Numbered from the stretch's first letter, positions 8,760-17,913 are shown. The stretch: DNA of 41,662 bases from an uncultured Candidatus Saccharibacteria bacterium (GCA_964362775.1 CAYIFS010000001.1:6828-48489), one strand, 5' to 3'. Program-made: numbers and translations. The notes: generated by a model not told the origin, from the letters alone.

Positions 8760-10147
8760 AGACCATTATTATTCCCGTTATTAGCGCCATTGATAAATTA
8801 TTTGCCCGCAGTTTTTTGGAAACGGATGCTTTTTTGGAAATTATCAAAGAACCGAATGTCAGACTGATTTTATTAGTTTCAAAAAATCGGTTGGAATATT
8901 ACCGGAAAGAATTTAAATTTGATAATGTGATTTTTGAAATTTTGCCCGAAGTAAAAAATTTTTGGTCCGAAAGATTTTTCAAATTTTTGGAAGCCGCCAG
9001 CATTCATACACGAACGGTTAAGATCATTCATTGGACCGCCTTAAAAAGAAAAGGAGCCAAGAAAAATATTTTGGCGAGAACTTTTATTTTCTTTTTGAGC
9101 CGTTTGTTGTGGTACGCAGGTCAATTCCGCTTTTGGCGGAATTTAATCAGACGATGTTATTTTTTGATGCCTTCTTGCGTCTTCTCGGAAATTTTTGAGC
9201 GCTTTAATCCCGATCTGATTTTCGGTCCGACTTTGATATTTTCGGAAAATCTTTTTTTGAAAGAAGCTAAAAAAAGGAAAATAAAAATCATCGGTATGGT
9301 TTGGAGCTGGGATAACCTCTATAGCAAATCATTGATTAGGGTCCACCCCGATTACTTATTGGCTCATACTGATTCCATCGCCGGTCAATGCGTCCAACTC
9401 GGCGATTATTCGGAGAAACGGATTTCTGTTATTGGCGTTCCCCAATATGACCGGTATTTCAAAAAAGAGGGAATTGAGGGAAGGGGCGAGTTCATTGAAA
9501 AAATTGATGGCAATCCCGCAAAAAAATTGATTCTGTACGCTTTTTCGGGTAAGGCCGGGCTCGGCATTGAATTTGATATTTTGAAGATTATTCATAAAAT
9601 AATCTCTGAAAAAAAATTAAGCGATAAGGTTCAAATGTTGGTCAGGCCCTATCCGCGTTTTGATTTCTCACAAGAGCAGCTTGATGGATTGAAAAAAAAA
9701 TATGGTTTTTTGGTCCATGGCGCCACTTCTCAATCGGGAAAAGATAAGGACGATTGGGGAATGGATAGGGAAGCAATAAGTTTTTTAACCAATAGTTTGG
9801 CTCATGCCGATATTGTCGTAAATATGTATTCCACTTTTTTCATTGAAGGCGCGATTTTTGACAAACCCTTGATCGGTATCGCTTTTGACGGCGAGCAAAA
9901 ACTTGATTTTTGGAATTCAGCTGTCCGATTCTTTGAATGGGATCATTTGGCGGATTTAAAGCCTTTGAACGGAATTTGGCTGGTTAAAAGCGTCGAGAAA
10001 TTGTCAGTGGCCATTGATAAATATTTAACCAAGCCGGCTTATCAAAAAGAAGGCCGGGAAAAAATTGTTCAACAGCAGTGCCAATTTATTGACGGCAACT
10101 CGGGAAAGCGCCTAGCCCAAAACATTTTAGATTTTTTAAAGGGATGA
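8756..10147 (+). CDS. TagB/TagF-like GT-B protein, paralog 2 of 4
   Basis: The start is chosen at ATG 8756 (MKTIIIPVIS), which forms an ATGA overlap with the upstream stop. Motifs are EAKKRKIKIIGMVWSWDN, VIGVPQYDRY, ADIVVNMYSTFFIEGAIFDKPLIGIAFDG and DGNSGKRLAQNI. Confidence 0.55.
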   Translation: MKTIIIPVISAIDKLFARSFLETDAFLEIIKEPNVRLILLVSKNRLEYYRKEFKFDNVIFEILPEVKNFWSERFFKFLEAASIHTRTVKIIHWTALKRKGAKKNILARTFIFFLSRLLWYAGQFRFWRNLIRRCYFLMPSCVFSEIFERFNPDLIFGPTLIFSENLFLKEAKKRKIKIIGMVWSWDNLYSKSLIRVHPDYLLAHTDSIAGQCVQLGDYSEKRISVIGVPQYDRYFKKEGIEGRGEFIEKIDGNPAKKLILYAFSGKAGLGIEFDILKIIHKIISEKKLSDKVQMLVRPYPRFDFSQEQLDGLKKKYGFLVHGATSQSGKDKDDWGMDREAISFLTNSLAHADIVVNMYSTFFIEGAIFDKPLIGIAFDGEQKLDFWNSAVRFFEWDHLADLKPLNGIWLVKSVEKLSVAIDKYLTKPAYQKEGREKIVQQQCQFIDGNSGKRLAQNILDFLKG

Positions 10148-11562
10148 ATTTTATGGATAATTCAAAGATTAAGACAATATTTATCAGCCTTTCTTCTCCT
10201 GCGGTTTTCAGAAATCTTTTTTTCTTCCCCGGCAGTTTTTTTGAACAGGTCAAAAAAAATCTGAAAGAGAGCGATGATTATAAAATTATCTTATTGATGT
10301 CTTCCCACTATCAAAAAAAATACGGCGTCTTTTTTGAAAAAATTCTTCCGGAATTAAACGGCAAATTAATCATTGAAACGGCGGATATTTCGATAAAAAA
10401 GAATCTTTGGCAAAGGTTTTTTTATTTTTTCTATTCTTATTTGATCTATACCGGCACCACCAAGCTCATGGCGACGATGGGTACGAGGCCCGATGAACCG
10501 CCCGCCGGGGGAAAATGGTATTTGGCCTTTTTAAAAATTCTGATCGCCAGAACTTTTGGGAATTCAAAATTCATAAAGCTAAAAATCGTTCCTTATCTTT
10601 TTTTAAGAATATTCAAAGAAAGGTCGTTTAAAGTTTTTTTTGAAAAATATCAACCGGATCTGATTTTTGCCACTCATCTTTACGGCTGGCCCGACGCCCA
10701 ATTGATCGCGGAGGCAAAGCGGCAAAAAGTCAAAACGATCGGCATGCCGGCCGGTTGGGATCATCTGGATAAGTATTTTTTGCCGTTTCATACGGATATT
10801 TTATTGGCTCAAAGCGAGCAAGTGAAAGAGGTGGCTATTAAATATCAGGCCTATCAATCGGCGGAGATTGTCGTGACCGGCTATCCTCATTTTGATTTTA
10901 TTTCGCGCCAAAATTATTTAATGCCCCGAGAAGAGATTTTAAAGAGCTTGGGTTTTCCGGCGGAAGCAAAAATTGTTCTTTACGTCTCCGGCAGCGCTTA
11001 TTGTCCGGACGAGCCGGATATTATTGAGCGGATTTTAAAATGGGCGGATGAAGGGAAATTCGGTTTTGATGTTCGGGTGGTGATTCGACCATACCAAGGC
11101 GGCCGGAGCAAGGATAAAGAATTTGACCAACAAAAATTTGATCATTTTCATTCTCATCCCCGGGTCGCCTTTTACCAGCGGGAATTTTGGGGCGATTTAG
11201 AAAAGAGTAATTATTTTATGAATATTTTGGCGCACGCCGATGTCGTGATTTCGGTTTACAGCACAATGGTTTTGGAAGCGGCGGTGTTGGATCGGCCTTT
11301 GATGGCGATCGGTTTTGACGGCTATCAAAAAAGACCATTTGCGCGTTCCATTCGGCGCTTTGAAGAATTTGAACATTTTCAGGATGTTTTAAAAACCGGC
11401 GCCTTAAAAACCGCTTATAATTTTGAAGAACTTTTTGGATATCTCAATACTTATTTGAAAGATCCGCGCCTGGACGGCGAAGCGAGAAAATTATTAAGAG
11501 AAAAAGTCTGCGGCCGGCTTGACGGCTTGGCTTCACAAAGAATCAGTCAGATAATTTTTTAA
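10144..11562 (+). CDS. TagB/TagF-like GT-B protein, paralog 3 of 4
   Basis: There is an ATGA overlap with the upstream stop. Motifs are IKTIFISL, EAKRQKVKTIGMPAGWDH, VTGYPHFDF, ADVVISVYSTMVLEAAVLDRPLMAIGFDG and DGLASQRISQII. Confidence 0.55.
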   Translation: MNFMDNSKIKTIFISLSSPAVFRNLFFFPGSFFEQVKKNLKESDDYKIILLMSSHYQKKYGVFFEKILPELNGKLIIETADISIKKNLWQRFFYFFYSYLIYTGTTKLMATMGTRPDEPPAGGKWYLAFLKILIARTFGNSKFIKLKIVPYLFLRIFKERSFKVFFEKYQPDLIFATHLYGWPDAQLIAEAKRQKVKTIGMPAGWDHLDKYFLPFHTDILLAQSEQVKEVAIKYQAYQSAEIVVTGYPHFDFISRQNYLMPREEILKSLGFPAEAKIVLYVSGSAYCPDEPDIIERILKWADEGKFGFDVRVVIRPYQGGRSKDKEFDQQKFDHFHSHPRVAFYQREFWGDLEKSNYFMNILAHADVVISVYSTMVLEAAVLDRPLMAIGFDGYQKRPFARSIRRFEEFEHFQDVLKTGALKTAYNFEELFGYLNTYLKDPRLDGEARKLLREKVCGRLDGLASQRISQIIF

Positions 11563-11588
11563 ATTTATAAATAAAAAGGTTGATTTTT

Positions 11589-12251
11589 ATGAAAGAAAAT
11601 ATTACCTCTGAATATTGGACTCGTTGGCGGAAAATTAATTTTGAATATTTTAAAAAAAATTTAGATGAGGAACCGACTGGCGGTCAGCTGGTTGATTTGG
11701 GTTCCGGAACCAGTCCATTCGCTATTTTAAAAGAAAAATTTTCTTGCCTTAATGTCGATTTTTCGCCTTTTGAGGGGGTGGATTTGGTAGCTGATTTAGA
11801 CGAACCTTTGCCTTTGAAAGATGATTTTTACGATATCGTTTTTATGTCCAATATTTTGGAGCATTTATTTTTTCCGGAGAGAACTCTAAAAGAAAGTTTT
11901 AGGATTTTGAAAAAAGGCGGAAAAATTTTTGGCACTGTCCCATTTTTTCTATCACCACACCAGGAGCCATATGATTTTTATCGCTATACCTATTTAGCCC
12001 TGGAGAGATTATTGAAAGAAGCCGGTTTTAGAGAGATAGATGTAGAGGCGTTGGGGGGGGGGATTGATATCCTTAAAAGTATTTCGGACTTTTTCTTTAA
12101 TCTTTTAATCGCTGGAAAAACAACCGGCATTCAGAAGGTTTTGGCCAGATTTTTGAGAAAAATAAATAAAATATTTCTACCGTTTTTTCGAAATTCCTTT
12201 CCGGCTACCAAAAATTTCGCTTTGGGTTATGGTTTTAAAGCTATTAAATAA
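11589..12251 (+). CDS. Class I SAM-dependent methyltransferase
   Basis: Motifs are LVDLGSGTSPF (motif I), DIVFMSNILEHL and ILKKGGKIFG. ATG 11589 is preferred over the TTG at 11580, and aaaaagg lies about 10 nt upstream. Confidence 0.7.
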   Translation: MKENITSEYWTRWRKINFEYFKKNLDEEPTGGQLVDLGSGTSPFAILKEKFSCLNVDFSPFEGVDLVADLDEPLPLKDDFYDIVFMSNILEHLFFPERTLKESFRILKKGGKIFGTVPFFLSPHQEPYDFYRYTYLALERLLKEAGFREIDVEALGGGIDILKSISDFFFNLLIAGKTTGIQKVLARFLRKINKIFLPFFRNSFPATKNFALGYGFKAIK

Positions 12252-12257
12252 TTTCTT

Positions 12258-13649
12258 ATGGAAGAAAAACCGGTTCAAAAGCCTAAATTTTCTTTTTCCC
12301 ATTCCTTCATTCGAGGCGAGGCGGCTTTGGGTTTTTGGGCATTCGCCAAAAAGGGCGTCGGCGCCGTTAATTCTTTTTTAATCATCAGTTCTCTTTCTAT
12401 TTATCAATTTGGCGTCTATCAGCTGGTTTTGGCGGCTTATTCTTTCGCTTCCGATTTTTTTCACGGCCTTTTTGCCACGGTCACAGGCAACGATCTGATG
12501 AGATATGTCGGCGAAGGACGAGAAGATAAGGCCAAAAAACTTTTTTTTGAATACGCGGCTTTCCGTTTGATCATGGGTCTGATCCCGGCGGTCATTCTAT
12601 TCCTTTTAGCGCCGAAACTTTCTTTTCGTTATGGCCCGGAAGCGATTTTATGGGCGCGGTTGCTAGCGCCGCTTTTCATTTTGGACGCGGTGGCGCCGCT
12701 GGGAATTTTGCTTTTGAAATTGCGTCTGAATTTCAAAATTTTTTCCGCTCAGCCCACGATCCAAAAAATCGCGCATTTGGGAATTTTGGCCTATTTTTTC
12801 TTTTTCGCGCAACTCGGCATCAAGGAAATTTTTATCGCTCAAATTTTGGCGCCCGTTATCGCTTTTTTCATTCTGTTGGGCCCGATAATCAACGCTTGGC
12901 GGGTTTGGCGCGCGACCACGGCTTTTTCTTCCCGGATGCTTTGGCTGGTGGTGAAAACTTATGGCAAGTGGGAAATCCCTCAATTTTGTTTTTCCGACAT
13001 CAACGGCCGTATCCGGCCCTGGCTGATAAAATTATTTTTGAACACCGAATCCGTGGGTATTTTTGGCGTGGCTTATACCTTTGTGAACGCCCTCAAGGAT
13101 TTACTGCCGGTGAGAACCCTGGGACTTCTTGTACCGCGCAAGGTTCGCGATAAAGAATATTTCAATCAGCTTTTTCTCTATGGCACCAAATATTATACTT
13201 TGATGAGTTTGGCGCTGGTTGTTTTGGGAAGCTTTGGCGTACCGATGGCCATTTACATTTTTTTCCATAAATATCTTTCTTCCATCCCTCTGTTTTGGCT
13301 GCTTTTGCCGATTATTGTCATTTTCGCCTTTACTAAAATGATAAATATAATGCTGGTTGCCCAGCGCCGGCAAAAATTTATTTTCTATCAGTCGATTTTG
13401 CAAAACGGATTAAATCTTTTATTTTTAATTTTTGTCTTGCCCTTGGTCGGCCTTTGGGGTTTGCCCCTGGCCGAAGTTTTATCTTCTTTAATTATAACGG
13501 TCGCTAAATATGTTTATTTGAAGCGGACAAAATTTATTGACTCTTTTCCTTTCGTTCGACTGTTTGCCTGGGAAGAGCGGGATAAAATTATTTGGCGGAC
13601 CTTAAAAAATCATTTTTTGGGCTTTTTTCCTAATTTTTTTAAATCTTAA
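12258..13649 (+). CDS. Polysaccharide flippase-like multi-pass membrane protein (Wzx/MOP-type)
   Basis: 463-aa ORF that is very hydrophobic, with many predicted TM segments. It sits in the middle of the glycan operon. No catalytic motifs were seen. Confidence 0.6.
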   Translation: MEEKPVQKPKFSFSHSFIRGEAALGFWAFAKKGVGAVNSFLIISSLSIYQFGVYQLVLAAYSFASDFFHGLFATVTGNDLMRYVGEGREDKAKKLFFEYAAFRLIMGLIPAVILFLLAPKLSFRYGPEAILWARLLAPLFILDAVAPLGILLLKLRLNFKIFSAQPTIQKIAHLGILAYFFFFAQLGIKEIFIAQILAPVIAFFILLGPIINAWRVWRATTAFSSRMLWLVVKTYGKWEIPQFCFSDINGRIRPWLIKLFLNTESVGIFGVAYTFVNALKDLLPVRTLGLLVPRKVRDKEYFNQLFLYGTKYYTLMSLALVVLGSFGVPMAIYIFFHKYLSSIPLFWLLLPIIVIFAFTKMINIMLVAQRRQKFIFYQSILQNGLNLLFLIFVLPLVGLWGLPLAEVLSSLIITVAKYVYLKRTKFIDSFPFVRLFAWEERDKIIWRTLKNHFLGFFPNFFKS

Positions 13650-13651
13650 AT

Positions 13652-14290
13652 ATGGGTGTCTACGACCGACCTTTTTGGTCCAAAAATTTCTACGACCATC
13701 AGGCCCGATGGCTTCATTATTTTAACCAAATAAAAGCCGTGGCTCGGGAAATCAGGGAGCGGGAAGACCATAATGATAATTTTTCCGTTTTGGAAATCGG
13801 GCCTTCTTACGGGTTGGTTTCTTTTTATTTAAGAAAATTCGGCGTCAATGTCAAAACTCTCGATTTCAAGCCCGAATACCAGCCCGATTTTTTGGCTTCG
13901 GTTTTAAAAATGCCCTTGCCCGATAATTCTTTTGACTTGATTTTAGTTTGCGAAGTGCTGGAGCATTTGCCTTTTGAAAATTTCCCCGAGGCTCTTAAAG
14001 AAATCCGCCGCGTCGCGAAAGAAACGGTTTTTCTTTCTTTGCCCGATGGCCGCAGAACGCTTTTGAATTTCCGGTTGAAGTTGCCATTTCTAAAGGAATT
14101 TAAATTTCTCTGGAAAATTCCCGATCTTAAAAAGCATTTTTCCAAAGGCCATTATTTTGAAATCGGCAAACCGGGTTTTTCGTTGGAAAAAATTAAGAAC
14201 ATTATTGAAAAAACCGGGTTTAAGATAAAAGCCGACTGGGTGAAAAGCGACACGCCCAAGAACCATTATTTTGTTTTGGAAAAAATTTAG
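13652..14290 (+). CDS. Class I SAM-dependent methyltransferase
   Basis: Motifs are VLEIGPSYGLVS (motif I-like) and DLILVCEVLEHLP. The size is typical of the Methyltransf_11/23 type. Confidence 0.7.
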   Translation: MGVYDRPFWSKNFYDHQARWLHYFNQIKAVAREIREREDHNDNFSVLEIGPSYGLVSFYLRKFGVNVKTLDFKPEYQPDFLASVLKMPLPDNSFDLILVCEVLEHLPFENFPEALKEIRRVAKETVFLSLPDGRRTLLNFRLKLPFLKEFKFLWKIPDLKKHFSKGHYFEIGKPGFSLEKIKNIIEKTGFKIKADWVKSDTPKNHYFVLEKI

Positions 14291-14312
14291 CCAGGCGGGT
14301 TTTTCCAAAAGC

Positions 14313-14341
14313 TTGAACTAATGGAAGAAAGTTTGTATAAT
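14313..14341 (+). promoter_or_regulatory. Near-consensus sigma70 promoter TTGAAC-17-TATAAT
   Basis: The hexamers are at 14313-14318 and 14336-14341 with an exact 17-nt spacer, inside the 181-nt gap upstream of the 14472 gene. Confidence 0.55.
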
Positions 14342-14372
14342 GACAAGAACTTTAATTTAACAGATTTTTATG

Positions 14373-14418
14373 CCAGGTAGTGAAAATTCGGCAGTTTAAC
14401 CGAAGTATCATTAACTGG
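14373..14418 (+). promoter_or_regulatory. Structured element in the roughly 125-nt leader of the 14472 operon
   Basis: An imperfect extended stem-loop: ccaggtagtga pairs with tcattaactgg (one mismatch, one G-U). This encloses an inner hairpin, ttcgg-cagtttaa-ccgaa. Confidence 0.3.
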
Positions 14419-14471
14419 TAAAATTATATAAAATTATAGAACTCGGTATTTTAATTAAATCCGCTGGATTT

Positions 14472-15287
14472 ATGAATATAGCCGAATTTCTACTACCTGG
14501 TATGAAGAATTCCGATTTGAAGGATTTCTACAATAAAGTTTATTCTAAAGGGGAGAAAAACCACTACACCAAACTTTTGTTCCGGGAAAAAAAGATCACT
14601 CTGGAGAAGCTTTTTATTTTGGCGGAACTCTCTTCTTGGCGAGGCAAGAAGGTTTTGGACGCGGGATGCGGCACCGGAGAGTTGGCGTTTATGATCGCTA
14701 AAAAAGGCGCTAAAAAAGTGATCGGCGTTGATTTTTCTTCCAGCGCCATTGAAACGGCTAATCAAAGTTATCAGCAGTCGAATCTTGAATATCAGTGCCG
14801 GGATTTAAAAAATATCAAAGAACGTTTTGATGTGATTGTTTCGTCCGGGACGTTGGAACACACAGAAGAGCCTTATGAAGTATTAAAAAAATTAAAAAGT
14901 CTGCTTAGCCCTGGCGGCTCCCTTATTATTACTGTGCCGAACTGGATAAATCCCCGCGGCTATATTTTAATGACTTTGAAATATTTATTGAAATCTAAAA
15001 TCACTTTGGCCGATCTGCATTATTTCACGCCCTTTGAATTTGAAAATTGGGCCAAGAAATTAAAAATGAAATTAACTTGGAAAACTTTTGAGCATGATTG
15101 GTCGGGCGGCCAGAAGCTCATTAAGGATATGGAACGGCGTTTGCCCAAAGTCTTGGCCGGTTCGGCTTTCCCCGAGGCGGGGAAAAATGTCAATGATTTT
15201 ATGGCTTGGTTGGAAAATCACGCCAAAACTTTTCCGCCCGACAAAAAATTCGGCGGAGCGGTGGCGATTTATCATTTTAAGAAATAA
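14472..15287 (+). CDS. Class I SAM-dependent methyltransferase
   Basis: It has KVLDAGCGTGELAFMIAKKGAKKVIGVDFS (a canonical motif I plus acidic loop) and FDVIVSSGTLEH. Confidence 0.8.
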   Translation: MNIAEFLLPGMKNSDLKDFYNKVYSKGEKNHYTKLLFREKKITLEKLFILAELSSWRGKKVLDAGCGTGELAFMIAKKGAKKVIGVDFSSSAIETANQSYQQSNLEYQCRDLKNIKERFDVIVSSGTLEHTEEPYEVLKKLKSLLSPGGSLIITVPNWINPRGYILMTLKYLLKSKITLADLHYFTPFEFENWAKKLKMKLTWKTFEHDWSGGQKLIKDMERRLPKVLAGSAFPEAGKNVNDFMAWLENHAKTFPPDKKFGGAVAIYHFKK

Positions 15288-15340
15288 TTTAAAAAATTAG
15301 TTTCTAAATAGAAGTTCTTTGGTAAAGAAAGGAGCAAAAG

Positions 15341-16021
15341 ATGATTAAAGCGATCGTTCTTGACTTTGATGGGACAATAGTTGATTCTAATGAAATCAAG
15401 CGGGAGGCTTATTTTCGTCTTTTTTCGCCTTCCAAAAATGCCCAAAAGATAATCGGCACGATTGACAGAATCAATGGTACTCGCTGGGAGATCATCAGAA
15501 AGATATTGGTTGCCCTAAAGGCGGCGGGCGAAGTTGATTTTTCTGATTTGGAAAAAGAAGTGAAAAACAGGGGTTTGGAATACGGTAAAATGGTCAAGGA
15601 AGAAATTATTGCGGGCGAGGGTATCCCTGGTGCGTTTGAAAGCCTCTGGCAATTGAAAAGAGAAGGGTTCCGGATACATTTGAATTCAGTAACGCCAGAA
15701 GGACCGCTCAAAGAAATCATTGATGTTCTTATAAAAAATGGCGATCTTCCCGAATTGCAGGGGGTTTTTGGCCGGAAAGAGGGAATAAAAGAAGAAATAA
15801 CGGCAAAAATTTTGAATTTTGAACAGATATTGTCGCTTGAAGGATTGAAACCAGATGAAGTTGTTTTTGTCGGAGATAGGGAAATTGACAGAAAAACGGC
15901 GGAAATAATCGGTTGTCATTTTATCGGCGTGGAAAATGAAATAAGCGAATGGACAAAAACTGATTTTCCGCGAGTGACAGACCTGAAGGATTTGCCCCGA
16001 ATGATCGAAGAGATCAGATGA
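15341..16021 (+). CDS. HAD-superfamily phosphatase (likely sugar-phosphate phosphatase)
   Basis: It has AIVLDFDGTIVDS (DxDGT motif I) and VFVGDREIDRKTA (motif IV-like). A good SD sequence, gaaaggag, lies upstream. Confidence 0.75.
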   Translation: MIKAIVLDFDGTIVDSNEIKREAYFRLFSPSKNAQKIIGTIDRINGTRWEIIRKILVALKAAGEVDFSDLEKEVKNRGLEYGKMVKEEIIAGEGIPGAFESLWQLKREGFRIHLNSVTPEGPLKEIIDVLIKNGDLPELQGVFGRKEGIKEEITAKILNFEQILSLEGLKPDEVVFVGDREIDRKTAEIIGCHFIGVENEISEWTKTDFPRVTDLKDLPRMIEEIR

Positions 16022-16038
16022 AACAGCTCATTAATGAC

Positions 16039-16069
16039 AAAAGCTCCGGCGGAAACGCCGGAGCTTTTC
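16039..16069 (+). terminator. Rho-independent terminator
   Basis: AAAAGCTCCGGCG-GAAA-CGCCGGAGCTTTT has a perfect 13-bp stem followed by a T-rich tail. Confidence 0.8.
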
Positions 16070-16098
16070 TTTACAGAAACATTTTTATAAGTTATTAT
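16070..16098 (+). promoter_or_regulatory. Candidate promoter TTTACA-17-TATTAT
   Basis: The hexamers are at 16070-16075 and 16093-16098, directly after the terminator and 26 nt before the 16125 start. Confidence 0.45.
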
Positions 16099-16124
16099 CG
16101 GATTAAAGATTTAAGCGTGATTAT

Positions 16125-16841
16125 ATGGAAATTTTAGCTGTGATTCCGGCCCGCGGCGGGTCAAAATCCATTCCCCGCAAAAATATCAAACTTTTGGCGG
16201 GCAAACCCCTGATCGCCTGGACGATTGAGGCGGCCAAAAAATCAAAATATTTGATACGGGTGATCGTTTCCACTGATGATCCGGAAATCGCGGCCGTGGC
16301 CAAAAAATTCGGCGCCGAGGTACCTTTTTTGCGGCCCGCGGAAATTTCAGGAGATTTGGCCACGGACGTGGAATTTTTGACGCACGCCTTGGATTTTTTA
16401 AAACAGGAGGAAAATTATGAGCCGGATATCATTTTACGCTTGCCGCCAACCTCGCCGTTGCGCCTGGCGGCTCATATTGACGAAGGCATAGAAATTTTAT
16501 TGAAGAATCCCGAAGCCGATGCTTGCCGGCCGATTTGTGAAGCGCCCAAGCATCCTTATAAAATGTGGAAAATAGGGGAAGATGGAAAATATCTTGAGCC
16601 GTTTCTTTCAAAAGAATATACAAAAATGGATGAACCTTACAACGCGCCGCGTCAGATCCTGCCCAAAGTTTTCATTCATACCGGCGCCATGGATGTGATG
16701 AGATTGAAAACTATCCGAGAAATGAAGTCCACTTCCGGCAAAAGACTCGCTTATTTTTTTATGAAGCCGGAAGACGCGGTGAATATTGACCAGCCGATAG
16801 ATTTTGAACTTGCTGAATTTTTAATGAAGAAAAGACAATAA
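16125..16841 (+). CDS. Acylneuraminate cytidylyltransferase-family CMP-sugar synthetase (NeuA/LegF/PseF-like), copy 1
   Basis: It has ILAVIPARGGSKSIPRKNIKLLAGKPLIAWTI and VIVSTDDPEIAAVAKKFGAEVPFLRPAE. It is clearly paralogous to 25121-25840. Confidence 0.8.
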   Translation: MEILAVIPARGGSKSIPRKNIKLLAGKPLIAWTIEAAKKSKYLIRVIVSTDDPEIAAVAKKFGAEVPFLRPAEISGDLATDVEFLTHALDFLKQEENYEPDIILRLPPTSPLRLAAHIDEGIEILLKNPEADACRPICEAPKHPYKMWKIGEDGKYLEPFLSKEYTKMDEPYNAPRQILPKVFIHTGAMDVMRLKTIREMKSTSGKRLAYFFMKPEDAVNIDQPIDFELAEFLMKKRQ

Positions 16842-16845
16842 AAAG

Positions 16846-17913
16846 ATGATTAAGAAAACAAAAAATATCAAAGTAAAAATTCTCGGCGCCGGTTCCATCG
16901 GCAATCATCTGGCCCAGGCGGCGCGGCGTTTGGATTGGGATGTTTGCGTGGTGGACAGGGATGTTGAAGCCCTGCGCCGGATGAGAGAAGAAATTTATCC
17001 ACAACGCTACGGCGCTTGGGATGAAAAAATAAAGCTCTTCGCGGTAGGGTTGGAACCCAAAGGCGGTTTTGACTTAATTTGCGTGGGCACGCCGCCCGAC
17101 GTCAGAATGAGGGTGGCTCTGGAAATCCTAAAAGAAAAACCGCGTATTTTACAATTGGAAAAACCGCTCGGCGTGCCGTCAAAACAGGGTATGGCGGAAC
17201 TTGATAAATTTTTGAAAGAATACAAAAAGCAAAAACAGACCGCGGTTTTGGTGGGTTATGACCATTCGGTCTCCCAATCAATTAAAGAAGTTTTGGAGCT
17301 TTTAAAAAATAAACAAATTGGCGAGATTTTAACGCTTGATGTGGAATTCCGCGAATATTGGGGCGGAATCTTTAAAGCTCATCCTTGGCTGGCCGGACCG
17401 CAGGATTCTTATTTGGGTTTTTGGCAACGGGGCGGCGGCGCCAGCGGCGAACATTCGCACGCTTTGCATCTTTGGTATTTTTTGGCCAAAGAAGCGGGGA
17501 TTGGGAAAGTTGAGAAAATAAACGCTGCCTTGCAGATGGTGCAAAATAAATTAGTGGATTATGACGCTGTTTGCGCTTTAACTTTTAAAACTGATCAGGG
17601 AAAGATCGGCCGCGTGGTTCAGGACGTGATTACTTCGCCCGTGAAAAAAAGAGCTTATCTTCAAGGAAAAGAAGGATTTGTGGAATGGCTTTGCAACGGT
17701 CACCTGGAGGGGGATCTGGTAAGATATTCAATTAAAGGCCAGATCAAGGAGAAAATTTTCAAAAAGAAAAGGCCCGATGATTTTTACATGGAAATGTCGC
17801 ATATCAAAGATATTTTGGAAAAGAAAATTTTGGCTTCAAAATCGCCGCTTTCTTTTGAGAGCGGTTTGGAAGTGATGAGAACGCTGGCCTGGGTTCATCA
17901 GAAAGGAATATAA
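16846..17913 (+). CDS. Gfo/Idh/MocA-like NAD(P)-dependent oxidoreductase
   Basis: It has an N-terminal KVKILGAGSIGNHLAQAA dinucleotide fold and the EKP motif (LQLEKPLG). Confidence 0.6.
   Translation: MIKKTKNIKVKILGAGSIGNHLAQAARRLDWDVCVVDRDVEALRRMREEIYPQRYGAWDEKIKLFAVGLEPKGGFDLICVGTPPDVRMRVALEILKEKPRILQLEKPLGVPSKQGMAELDKFLKEYKKQKQTAVLVGYDHSVSQSIKEVLELLKNKQIGEILTLDVEFREYWGGIFKAHPWLAGPQDSYLGFWQRGGGASGEHSHALHLWYFLAKEAGIGKVEKINAALQMVQNKLVDYDAVCALTFKTDQGKIGRVVQDVITSPVKKRAYLQGKEGFVEWLCNGHLEGDLVRYSIKGQIKEKIFKKKRPDDFYMEMSHIKDILEKKILASKSPLSFESGLEVMRTLAWVHQKGI

Noticed and set aside
12650-13153. Long alternative-frame or antisense ORFs lie inside annotated genes. Examples are 12650-13153 (+), 3698-4210 (-), 18936-19562 (-), 34600-35103 (-), 38930-39610 (-) and 39695-40285 (-).
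   Set aside because: They are shadow ORFs that lie fully or largely within ORFs having strong family motifs. Their products are low-complexity and Arg/Phe/Gly-rich, with no recognisable domains.
14276-14308. The inverted repeat TTGGAAAAA...TTTTTCCAA at the end of the 13652 gene could be a terminator.
   Set aside because: The stem is 9 bp and all-weak AT-rich, with a 15-nt loop overlapping the stop codon. That is not convincing as an intrinsic terminator.
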